From contig OZ250169.1 in NCBI GenBank assembly GCA_965237955.1, positions 5,728,001 to 5,792,000 on the forward strand: a stretch of DNA of 64,000 nt, read 5' to 3'. A program made the position numbers and the translations under genes. Under the pieces are notes generated by a model, which made no database searches, had not been told where the DNA came from, and saw only the letters and a list, made by a program, of their open reading frames with translations. The stretch's first letter is position 1. Each line of letters begins with the position of its first letter. This DNA comes from Candidatus Marinacidobacterales bacterium. GTDB lineage: Bacteria > Acidobacteriota > Vicinamibacteria > Marinacidobacterales > SMYC01. Shown here one piece after another: positions 18,649 to 28,251 of this stretch.

Positions 18649-19761
18649 TTAGAGTTCATCGGCGGTCACGACGTCCCACAAGTTCCTATAGCGGCCGGCG
18701 CGGGCGTTTCGCAGGAAGCTATGGATACTTTGGACGAGGGTCACGGTGATGTGATCCTCGACCATACGCGGGTGCGGGCGGTGGAGGTTTGCATAAGCGC
18801 GGATAAACACACTCGACTCGGTCGTAGGGAGGTGTTTCACGTTCTCGACGAACGCGTCCCACTTTCGTTGCCGGAACAGATAGAACTCGACGTTCGACAC
18901 GTAGAATGCCGACACAGCGATCTGCCGCGACTCGAGGAGACGCGCCAACCGCCGAAGCGCTTGATCGCCCGCGAAGTCTCCAACGACGGGGATGATACGG
19001 TTCTCGCGCTCCATGGTTCGGACGTATTGGAAGGTTTCTTCGCTGGCGAGCCAGTTGCGGTACCGGCCGTTCAGATCGGTTTCGAGGACGAACTCTTTCA
19101 GCGAAGGAAAAAAGAACGATCGCCATCTGTCGTACTTGATGTCGAACCCTTGCCGAAAGAACTCGCGATAGATCAACCGAACGTCATCGAGGTCATGCTG
19201 AGAGAGGGACAGACCGGGCATGCCTGACAGCTCGTCGAGAATGAAGGCGAGCTGCTCATGGTAGAACGCTTGATCGGGTGCGGTTGACTCGATGTTGGCG
19301 ACGACGTCTGCGATCGATGCCGCGGCGCCGAGCTTCTTCGAAATCGGCCGAGCGAGGAGTCGTGCCAAGTAGTCCTCGCGTGTCTCGGAGCTCGACATGA
19401 GGACTTTGAAGATCAGATGCTCGATCAGGTTTTGGCGTCGGATGTCCACGATGAACGCGAGCCGGGGACGAACCGCCGCGATGTACGTGAAGTTCTGGTT
19501 CGGGCCGACGCCGATGTAGGCGCCGTCTTCGAGACCCATCGCATGGAGGTCGTCGATCACATGAAGGTAGGACGTTTCGTTGGAGATGTAGTTGTTGCTC
19601 CAAAAGTAGCCCGGATCCTCCGATAGTTGATTGACGAGCCGAGAGAACTCGCTGTCCGAGACGACGCCGGGCTCGGACCCGCCGGTGGAGCTACACGATT
19701 GTGAGAAAGGCGAAAAGGCCGCCGGGATGGCGAGAGCTAGCGCGAGCAGCCGGGTGAGCAT
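18649..19761 (-). CDS. Secreted hypothetical protein
   Basis: 370 aa with a signal peptide and conserved-looking motifs SNETSY, YIGVGPNQNFTYIA and FYVSNVEFYL. Confidence 0.75.
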   Translation of the reverse strand: MLTRLLALALAIPAAFSPFSQSCSSTGGSEPGVVSDSEFSRLVNQLSEDPGYFWSNNYISNETSYLHVIDDLHAMGLEDGAYIGVGPNQNFTYIAAVRPRLAFIVDIRRQNLIEHLIFKVLMSSSETREDYLARLLARPISKKLGAAASIADVVANIESTAPDQAFYHEQLAFILDELSGMPGLSLSQHDLDDVRLIYREFFRQGFDIKYDRWRSFFFPSLKEFVLETDLNGRYRNWLASEETFQYVRTMERENRIIPVVGDFAGDQALRRLARLLESRQIAVSAFYVSNVEFYLFRQRKWDAFVENVKHLPTTESSVFIRAYANLHRPHPRMVEDHITVTLVQSIHSFLRNARAGRYRNLWDVVTADEL

Positions 19762-19998
19762 CTAATGTCGGACTCCCAGAACATCGTAGCGTCAGGGACG
19801 GGCCGTTTTCAACTCGTGATCACTCCAAGTGGTCGGCAAGGAAAGCCATCGACTCGCCGATGTGAGTGTAGAGCTGCAGGAACGAGAACCAGAGCGAGCA
19901 TCGGTAGCAGGATTGAGTTTCTCAAGAGCGCTCCTAGGGGGTGCGGGTGTCATCGACAACTCGTCAGCATAGCACGAGGCTCGTGTTAGACTTTTGTC

Positions 19999-20919
19999 GT
20001 GACAGAGACGGTTCGTATCATCGGAGTCCGGATCGACCTCGGCGCCGGACGCCGCGGCGTCGACATGGGGCCCTCGGCATTGCGCAAAGCCGGCATCCGC
20101 ACCGCACTGCGCGAGCTGGGCTATGACGTGATCGACGACGGCAACATCCATTGCGAGGAGCCCGAAGCGCACACCATCCGCGATCCCAAGCTCAAATACC
20201 TCCCGTTGATCACCGTCGCGATGACCGATCTGGCGGGGCGCGTCGAGAACGCTCTGAAGGCAGGTGAGCTACCGCTGGTGCTCGGCGGCGACCACTCGAT
20301 CGCGATCGGTACCATCGCGGGCGTTACGAGCCATTTCAAGAAGACGAAGAAGAAACTGGGCATGATCTGGATCGATGCTCATGGGGATTCGAATACAGCC
20401 GAGACCACGCCGTCGGGGAACATCCACGGCATGTCGCAGGCGGTTGCGTTTGGACGCGGCGCCAAAGAGCTCGTCGAGATTGGTGGCTTTGCCGAGGGAC
20501 AATCGAAGCTCGACCCGTCGTGCTCGTCTATCATCGGCGCCCGCGACATCGATCGGCTCGAAAAAGACGTCATTCGCGAAATCGGTCTTCGTGTGTTCAC
20601 CATGGATCAAATCGACCGCCGCGGTATCTACGACGTCACCAAAGAAGCCATCGATATCGCAAGCCGCGGCACTGACGGAATCCATGTGAGCTTCGACGTC
20701 GACGGCATCGATCCGTCGATCGCGCCCGGCGTGGGCACCGCGGTGCTCGGGGGGCTTTCGTACCGGGAAACGCACACGCTCATGGAGCTCGTCGCGGAGA
20801 CTGGCCGACTGGTGTCGCTCGAAGTGGCCGAGGTCAATCCCATTCTCGACGTGCGCAACACCACCGCCGAAATTGCCGTCGAGATGGTGGCCTCCGCGTT
20901 CGGGAAACGGATTTTGTGA
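19999..20919 (+). CDS. rocF: Arginase
   Basis: Motifs GVDMGPSALR, GGDHS, DAHGD, SGNIHGM, SFDVDGIDP and EVNP. Confidence 0.93.
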   Translation: MTETVRIIGVRIDLGAGRRGVDMGPSALRKAGIRTALRELGYDVIDDGNIHCEEPEAHTIRDPKLKYLPLITVAMTDLAGRVENALKAGELPLVLGGDHSIAIGTIAGVTSHFKKTKKKLGMIWIDAHGDSNTAETTPSGNIHGMSQAVAFGRGAKELVEIGGFAEGQSKLDPSCSSIIGARDIDRLEKDVIREIGLRVFTMDQIDRRGIYDVTKEAIDIASRGTDGIHVSFDVDGIDPSIAPGVGTAVLGGLSYRETHTLMELVAETGRLVSLEVAEVNPILDVRNTTAEIAVEMVASAFGKRIL

Positions 20920-21587
20920 GCGGGATGAAGACGAAAGTCGAGGTCACGGGCGAGAACGGAGAAGAGCTCGGCCAGGTGTCGGTTTCGCTGGCACGTCCCG
21001 CGCGATCGAAAGCGACGGCCATCATCGCTCACGGGGCCGGTGGCACGATGGACACGCCGTCGATCGTTGGTGTCCAGGAACAGCTCGCCGCGAACGGTAT
21101 CACCGCGGCTCGTTTCAATTTTCTCTACTCGGAGAAGAAAAAGAACTCGCCCGACAAACAACCCGCACTGGTCGCGACGTGGCGCTCGGTAGCGGATTGG
21201 GTGAAAAGGCAAGTGAAGCCCAAGAAGCTCTTTCTGAGCGGGCGCTCGATGGGTGGCCGCATGGCCTCCTATCTCGTGGCCGAGGGGTATCCCTGTGACG
21301 GCGTCTTTTTTCTCGCGTACCCGCTTCATCCACCGGGTAAACCGGAACGTCAACGCAAGGAGCACTTGCCCAAGATCAAAGTACCCATGCTTTTTGTCTC
21401 CGGTACCCGCGACGCGTTTGCTCAGCTCGAGCTTCTCGAGCCGGTGGTGAAAAAGTCGAAAGCGAAGCTCCATCTCATCGAAGGAGCAGACCACGGGTTC
21501 AAAGTGCCCAAGAAATTCGGACGGACGCCCAATGGCGTTGACGAGGAAGTGACCGCCGCCGTCCTCGATTTTATTGCGGAGGTGTGA
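20916..21587 (+). CDS. Alpha/beta hydrolase (Tex30/KANL3-like)
   Basis: Motifs HGAG, GRSMGGR, YPLHPPG, GTRD and GADHG. Confidence 0.85.
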   Translation: MSGMKTKVEVTGENGEELGQVSVSLARPARSKATAIIAHGAGGTMDTPSIVGVQEQLAANGITAARFNFLYSEKKKNSPDKQPALVATWRSVADWVKRQVKPKKLFLSGRSMGGRMASYLVAEGYPCDGVFFLAYPLHPPGKPERQRKEHLPKIKVPMLFVSGTRDAFAQLELLEPVVKKSKAKLHLIEGADHGFKVPKKFGRTPNGVDEEVTAAVLDFIAEV

Positions 21588-21892
21588 TGTCTAGGATTAC
21601 CGCTCTACAGAATCTACTGGAGAAGGATCCCGGGAACGCGATGACGCGCTACATGCTGGCGAACGAGCTCTACAAAGACGGCCAGTTCACTGAAGCTGCG
21701 AACGAGCTCGAGGAGTATCTCAAGAACGTGGAAGACGAAGGCGCAGCTTACCGTACCCTCGCGGACGCGTACCTCCAAATCGGAAAGAAAAAAGAAGCTC
21801 GGTGGGCGCTACGCCAAGGCGCCCAAGCCGCGCGCGTTCACCACCACGAGGGAATGGCGGAGGAATTCGAAGAAAAGCTGAAAGAGCTGTGA
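21587..21892 (+). CDS. Small TPR protein
   Basis: Helical TPR pattern; ATG overlaps the upstream stop. Confidence 0.75.
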   Translation: MSRITALQNLLEKDPGNAMTRYMLANELYKDGQFTEAANELEEYLKNVEDEGAAYRTLADAYLQIGKKKEARWALRQGAQAARVHHHEGMAEEFEEKLKEL

Positions 21893-21921
21893 ATCAGTCC
21901 AACATCCAGCCATTTCTTTTC

Positions 21922-22002
21922 ACGCAAAGACGCGAAGGCGCAAAGCTGGTGCCGTCGATGCTGACCGCTTCTTTGCGTCTTTGCGCCCTTGCGCCTTTGC
22001 GT
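21922..22002. repeat. ACGCAAAG-type inverted repeat, copy 1
   Basis: ACGCAAAGACGCGAAGGCGCAAAG...CTTTGCGCCCTTGCGCCTTTGCGT between convergent genes. Confidence 0.75.
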
Positions 22003-22030
22003 TAAGAGAAACGCCTGCTGGGTCCTGCTC

Positions 22031-24912
22031 CTACTGCTCAAACACTTCCCAAGCCACGATCCGCCAGTTGCCTGCCTCGCGGACCCACAGGATTCCCAGG
22101 ATTCCGGAGCCTTGGCGTTTGAAGCGGAAAAGCGTGGCGTAGTACGTGCCGTAGGCGTCGGGTGTCGAGGTCTCTGGTGGCTCGCCGCACAGATAAACCG
22201 ATGCGTCGCCGTCGGTGAGCTCCAGGAGCGCGAAATCATCCTGGAAGGGATGTTCCAGAATGCGTATGGATTCCCGCCACGGCAAAATCACATCGATGGC
22301 CTCGGTAAGGTTATCCATGTCGCCCATTTCGTGGACACCGAGCTCCATCGCGGCCCTGAGCGCCGCAACCGCTCCTTGGTCCCGCAGAATTTCGTCGTCG
22401 ACGTCGTCGTCGGTATCCACACACGCCATGGCGCGCTGCGACATGAAATGAAGTGACTCGTCGACGTTCTTGCGTACGAGCCAGTCCGTGAGAAATTCCT
22501 GGGCGGCGTCTTCGAGTTTCTCAGGCTCGTCCCCTAAAGGGCGATCCGGGGGCAGGGGGGTGGGCGCCTCTGGCGGTTCTCTAGATAGCAAGCCCGGTCC
22601 GCCTTGATTGTCGGTGTTGTGGTCGACCTTGCCGAAGGCAGTTCGCCACCAGGCCACGAAACCTCCCCAGCGGCCGACGTGCTTGTCATGATTGTCTCCG
22701 GCGCGGACGTCGAGTTCGCCGACGTCAGGTGCCCGTTGAACATCGCCTGAGGCATCTTGCTCGAGCGGTAGTCGACGTCGATATCGGCTCGCGTTCGGTC
22801 TTCGGAAATCGAGAACTGAATGCTCGGAAGCTTTCCACCCTGACGAAAGCTGTAGGGGTAGCCGACGTGGTACACGGTGTTGAGGTGGCCCAGCGTGAAC
22901 TCTTGCGATTGCTCCAAGGTTGACCGCGCGCCGTCTTCGAGGAACACGTAAATGCGAAACTGCTGATCGCCCGCCCGTCCGTAGTACTGACCCGCGATGC
23001 GCTCGATACCTTTGACCAGATCGATCGGGTTCCCGAGAGAGTTTCCGTTCTCGTCGGTGAGCGAGGAGCCCATCAGCGCGTGGGTGACGGCGTCGAACGT
23101 CGTGCGCTCGGAAATCATCATCGAGTTGAAATGCGCTTGTGGCGTCAAATCGAACTCTGTTTCCTCGTTGTAGGTCTTCGTGTAGCCTTCGAAGAGCTTT
23201 TTTTGTTCAGGCGAAAGATCACCGAACCGGCTGAGTCCGGTATCCATGTCCAGGCTCGAGTCGGCGAGCAGCTTACCGGGCCAATCGCGCTCCACGCCGA
23301 TGACCTCGAGGTCGCCGGACGTCTTGCGAAGGTACACGGTGACGGCCTTGTCCTGTTCACCGGCCGAGATCCGAGCCGCGACATAAGTCCCCTCGGGCGC
23401 GGCGAGCGCGATCGGCGGAATCTCTCGGTTCCCGGCGGAGACGCCGATGCGTCGGTGCGTTTCGGCAGCGTTGTCGAAATGGCTCCATTGAAAACTGTAT
23501 TCGCGGGGGCCGGTGACCCCTGACTTGATTTCGAGGTCATCGAAGTCGAGCTCGCCGCCGCGCACCTCGAAGTTATCGAGCGGCAGCACCTTGGCGAAGT
23601 ACGTGGCGCCGATTCGATCCCGGCGCTCGATGAGACACTTCGCAATCCAAGCTTCGGCCTCGGGGTCGCTGTATCGACCGGTGCTCACGATCGCGCGGAT
23701 GTCGTCATCGGTGAACTCCATGACCTGCTTGGTCGCCCAATAGGTATCGTCCGGAAGGCGGTTTGCGAACGGCGCTATGGTGGTGTTCGCCTTCCATTTC
23801 TAGGGTTCGAAGGTTTCGTATTCAAAGTGCCCGACGGATCGAAACTTCGGGTAGTTCGCACGCTGCCATTTGGGCGAATATATCCCCATCCCGGGAAGGT
23901 TCTTGAAGGTTTGATTGAAGTCGTAGGTCTTCTCGTTACCTCGGAAAGACTTCTTGGGCTCGGTGCCGCCGCTACCGAGCGTGGCGTAAAAATCGACGAG
24001 GTTGTGACGAATGATGGGCACGTCGTCACGGATCATGAGGGTGTCGAGGGTGTAGACGGCGCCCATGCGATTGTGATTGAGCCAGGACGAGAAAACGAAG
24101 AGCCCGCGGAGATCGCGCCGGTGCTCGTGGGGCACGATGTCGTTCGGGTCATCGGTCCGCACGCCGAACACTTGATAAGGACCGAGTAGCCCTTCCCACG
24201 AGCCGGGAATGCGGATCGCTGTTGCCCGATAGCCTCTCTCCGGATCGCGCGCCACATCGTCGAGAAAGACGTCGATATCAAGGTCGATGAGATCTTGAAG
24301 ATCACCGGCGCTCGTCACCCTTTCGCTGCCGTCGGCCAGCACCAGACGGTCCCGCTCGAAGTACACGATGTAGGTTTCGGGGACGAAGTAACCGAGCGCG
24401 TAGAGAAACTTCGAGGACACCATTTCCGCGTCGGTCGCCATTTCGAGCCACCCCGGAGGATCGAAGCGCAGGAGGTAGATCTGTCGGGTTGAGTCGGTGA
24501 TGAGGACACCAGGGCGAAAGCCGAACTTCTTGACAGTCAGGACCTGCCATTGGCCGTCGGCGGGTGGCCGGTCGTCGCCGGGTCCGCGCCGCAACCCGTC
24601 TTCGCTGAAGTGGTGCCGTCCGTGACGGTTCACGAACCACGGCCCGTCCATGACATCGCCCATCGTGTTCACGGCGCCTGCCGGTATCACCCCCCTTTCC
24701 GGGTGACGCTCGCCGGGAGCCCCAAACGTGTGGTTGAACGTCTCGAGGATGTCACTGAGCGCGCGTGTTTGCGGGTCCGTCGTTGGCCAGAGCGGGGGCA
24801 CCGCCTCGAGGGGGTCGTCAGGATAGAACTTTTGGGCGGTGGCCAGGTTGCTGCAAACCAGAACCGTCAAGAGTGCCGCGCGGAGGTTGCCGCGCATTAG
24901 TAAATGCCCCAC
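22031..24912 (-). pseudogene. Large secreted protein with an atypical kinase-like N-terminal region; in-frame TAG at 23800-23802 and a frameshift at about 22712
   Basis: ORFs 23800-24912 and 22534-23721 are in the same frame (..FEP*KWKANT..). The third piece joins via NSDVRAGDNHDKH with one added base. Confidence 0.7.
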
Positions 24913-26141
24913 TTGGTCTTGAAAATGTCACTAAAGGTCCACATCCAACGAAAGCCCTCGCGTCCTGCGGCGAAATCGATCCGCATGATGTACGCATCTT
25001 GGACCTTGAACCGCAAGCCGATGCCGGCGTTCCATTCGAGGTCACTGAAATCGACATCTTTGAGTCTCGGAGCGACTTTGCCGACATCGACGAAGATCGC
25101 CATGTCGAGTGCTGACGAGGCGTACCAGCGATGCTCGACGTTCACGATGATGGCCTGGTTGTCGTAAAAGCGGTAGCGCTGGAATCCGCGCAAGTTGTCG
25201 TTACCACCGAGCTTCGGCTGAAGGTAAAAGGGGATGACGCTGTCGTCGACGCCCTCTTCGGACGTGATCTCGGCGAAAACTCGGAACGCGATGACCCGGT
25301 TCTTGTTGAAGTACGGAATGTATTGCTGCACTTCGAAGACCAACTGGGTGAAGTCGAAAAGCCCGTGTTCCTCGTCCGTGTATTGCCGGACGGTGGTCGA
25401 GTAGAAGCCGCCGGAGCGCGGGCCGCTCGGGAGGTCACGATAGTCGACTTCGATGAACCCACCCCACCGGGAGTACCAGGTATCGATCTCGAAACCGGGC
25501 GCCTCTTTTTTGTCGAAGATCTCTTCGAGAGACGGGACTCCGCTGCGATTCCCCGGACCCGTGTGGACCGCGACCGTCCCGATCGTAGCTCCGACGCTCA
25601 AACTCGGAAGGATGTCGTAGCCCGCCCGGAAGTCGGTCGAAAAATCGTTGTAAGTGTAGCTGGTAAGATCGTCGAGGCTCGAGTCCGCGCCTTGACCGTA
25701 GTAGTCCATCTGCGGCGAGCTCTCGTACTTCGTGTAGAAGTTGACGAAAAAGCGCTCGGTCTCGATGCCTTGGAAGGCGACCTCGGCATCGAACATGTAG
25801 GCCAGCTGAGGCGTCATCCGGGCGGTTCCGCGAAAGCCGATCCTCTCCCGCCAGAGATCGGTGCGCCGATACCCGACCCCGAAGCTCATGCCTTGGCCGG
25901 ACCGCATCCCCCCGAGAACGAGCTGACCGCCGTTGGCACCTTTGCCGGAGCGCGCCCCATCGAGGAGACCGCGTTCGACGAGACCGTTGACATGGTCGAC
26001 GAGCGGTGATTCGCGCTCGGGCCACAGGCGCGCCCGCTGGTCTCTGCGTACTGCGAGGATTTCCTCGGTACGCGTGCGAAATTGCGCGCTCGCCGATACA
26101 GCGAGCGACAAGAAGATGACGATGTGTAGGGTTCGTCTCAT
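24897..26141 (-). CDS. Omp85/BamA-TamA-family outer-membrane beta-barrel
   Basis: Signal peptide, LGGNDNLRGFQRYRF lid motif, FVDVGKV and GIGLRF; no evident POTRA domains. Confidence 0.85.
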   Translation of the reverse strand: MRRTLHIVIFLSLAVSASAQFRTRTEEILAVRRDQRARLWPERESPLVDHVNGLVERGLLDGARSGKGANGGQLVLGGMRSGQGMSFGVGYRRTDLWRERIGFRGTARMTPQLAYMFDAEVAFQGIETERFFVNFYTKYESSPQMDYYGQGADSSLDDLTSYTYNDFSTDFRAGYDILPSLSVGATIGTVAVHTGPGNRSGVPSLEEIFDKKEAPGFEIDTWYSRWGGFIEVDYRDLPSGPRSGGFYSTTVRQYTDEEHGLFDFTQLVFEVQQYIPYFNKNRVIAFRVFAEITSEEGVDDSVIPFYLQPKLGGNDNLRGFQRYRFYDNQAIIVNVEHRWYASSALDMAIFVDVGKVAPRLKDVDFSDLEWNAGIGLRFKVQDAYIMRIDFAAGREGFRWMWTFSDIFKTKWGIY

Positions 26142-26187
26142 TTCCGGAGGATTCTATCGCGATTGGGTTCGACAGTTTCCGCGGCAC

Positions 26188-27084
26188 TCACGGAGAAAGT
26201 CCCGGCTCGTAATTGTTCACAAACTGCATGAACATCGACGCGTCGACCATATCCTTCGCGATATACCGGATGCTGTGCGAATCGATACGTTCTACGACCG
26301 ACAGATACGACAGGATCTCGGCTTGCCGGTAGTTCTTGAAGCTGATTTCGAGTTGCAGATCGCTGATGCGGCGCATGGGCTCGAACTCGTCGACTCGCTC
26401 GATAGCGCGCCGCGCGGCCGCTTCGATGACCTCGTAACCGGCCTCGGGGGTAAGGGTACGGGCGGAGTGAAAACTCTTGGCCCACTTCACGGTGGCACCT
26501 TCGACATCGTCGCCGACGTAGCGCTGCGTCTCCGCAACAATCGCGTCGTCTCCCGAGACCATGACGATGGGAACGCCGAAGTGACCGGCAATCGCGGCGT
26601 TGAAACCGGCTTCGGCGACCGACGTGCCGTTCAAGCGAACGTCGGTCAGCGTCGCACTGCTCATCGTGTGAGCGCGTACGCCTTCTGGGTTGGACGTCGA
26701 CGTGTGGTAGCCGATGAAGATGGCCGCATCGAAGCTCTCGTCGAGGCCGCCCATCATGCCGAGCGGACGCGGCCACGAACGGACGATCTGAACTTCCTTG
26801 GGTAGCCTGTCGATAAGAATGTTCTGACCGTTTCCGTGCGAGTCGCTCACCAGGAACTCGGTGGCACCCGCCGTGCGCGCGCCACGAATGGCGGCGAGCA
26901 CTTCTTCGGTCATGTACTCGCGAAACTTCTGATACTCGAACCCGGACGGGCTGAGTTGGGCTCCGGTCACGGCTCCGACGACGCCTTCCATATCCGCGGA
27001 TATGTAGACCTTGATCTGGGAGCTCGCCTGATGTGCGAGCGATAAAAGGACGACGGTCAGAATCGGTGCGACTCGTGTTCTCAT
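26188..27084 (-). CDS. dppA: D-aminopeptidase (peptidase M55)
   Basis: Motifs YISADMEG, DSHG, GYH, AHT and SGDD, with an N-terminal signal peptide. Confidence 0.88.
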   Translation of the reverse strand: MRTRVAPILTVVLLSLAHQASSQIKVYISADMEGVVGAVTGAQLSPSGFEYQKFREYMTEEVLAAIRGARTAGATEFLVSDSHGNGQNILIDRLPKEVQIVRSWPRPLGMMGGLDESFDAAIFIGYHTSTSNPEGVRAHTMSSATLTDVRLNGTSVAEAGFNAAIAGHFGVPIVMVSGDDAIVAETQRYVGDDVEGATVKWAKSFHSARTLTPEAGYEVIEAAARRAIERVDEFEPMRRISDLQLEISFKNYRQAEILSYLSVVERIDSHSIRYIAKDMVDASMFMQFVNNYEPGLSP

Positions 27085-27198
27085 GGAATAGCCTTTCGAA
27101 ACTCCGGCTTTTTATGTCAGCGCGAGCCAAATCGCAACTGCAGCAGGACGGCCTTTCGCGATAAACTTCCAGGTTCACTGTGTGCAGAACGGAGACCG

Positions 27199-28248
27199 AT
27201 GAGCGTTTTGAGTTCGATCGAGGATATTGCGGCGAAAGCCCGCGAGGAGCTTTCCCGAGTGGAGGACGAAAAGGCCCTCGAACAGTGGCGCATCGCCTTC
27301 ATGGGACGGAAAAGCCCGCTGCAATCGTTGCTGCGCTCGCTGGGCGAGCTCGACGCTGACGAGCGCCGTGACGCGGGACGCGCGGCCAACGAGCTCAAGG
27401 GCGAGCTCGATCGCTCTCTTGAGACGAAGCGCGACGAGCTTCGACTCGCACGCATCCGCGAAGCCGAGACCGCCGGGCGTGTCGACGTCACCCTTCCCGC
27501 ACGGCCACTGGCGGAAGGGAGGCTCCACCCGATCACGCAAACCCAGCGCGACATCATTGACGCCTTCGTGGCTCAAGGCTTCTCCGTGATCGAAGGTCCC
27601 GAGGTCGAGCTCGACTACTACAATTTCGAGGCGCTGCGTATTCCGAAAGACCATCCCGCCCGTGAGCTCATGGACACGTTCTATATCGATCGGGGTGGCG
27701 ACACGGACAGCGACACCAAGCTGCTCCTGAGAACACACACGTCGCCGAACCAGATTCGTTTCATGGAAAAGAACGAGCCGCCGATCCGGATCATCTGTCC
27801 CGGCCGCACCTATAGAAATGAAGCCACCGATCCGACCCACGAGTGGATGATCACGCAAACCGAAGTCCTGGCGGTGGACGAAGGTCTCACTCTGGCGCAC
27901 CTCAAGGGCACGCTCTTCGAGTTCGCCAAGCGTCTCTTCGGGCGTGAGCGCAAGATTCGTTTCCGTTGCGATTTTTTTCTCTTTGTCGAGCCCGGCGTCG
28001 ACATGGCGATCGACTGCTTCATCTGTGGCGGCGATGGATGCCGTATCTGTAAGAAGGAAGGCTGGATCGAGATTCTCGGCGCAGGGATGGTGCACCCCGA
28101 GATTCTCGAGAACATGGGGTACGACCCCGATATCTACACGGGTTTCGCCGCGGGACTCGGCGTCGAGAGGATCGCGATGTTGCGCTACGGCGTCGACGAC
28201 ATCCGGCATTTCTACGAAAATGACGTTCGCTTCTTGAGGCAGTTCTGA
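27199..28248 (+). CDS. pheS: Phenylalanine--tRNA ligase alpha subunit
   Basis: Motifs HPAR..DTFY, LRTHTS, WIEILGAGMVHP and GLGVERIAML. Confidence 0.97.
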   Translation: MSVLSSIEDIAAKAREELSRVEDEKALEQWRIAFMGRKSPLQSLLRSLGELDADERRDAGRAANELKGELDRSLETKRDELRLARIREAETAGRVDVTLPARPLAEGRLHPITQTQRDIIDAFVAQGFSVIEGPEVELDYYNFEALRIPKDHPARELMDTFYIDRGGDTDSDTKLLLRTHTSPNQIRFMEKNEPPIRIICPGRTYRNEATDPTHEWMITQTEVLAVDEGLTLAHLKGTLFEFAKRLFGRERKIRFRCDFFLFVEPGVDMAIDCFICGGDGCRICKKEGWIEILGAGMVHPEILENMGYDPDIYTGFAAGLGVERIAMLRYGVDDIRHFYENDVRFLRQF

Positions 28249-28251
28249 GTC

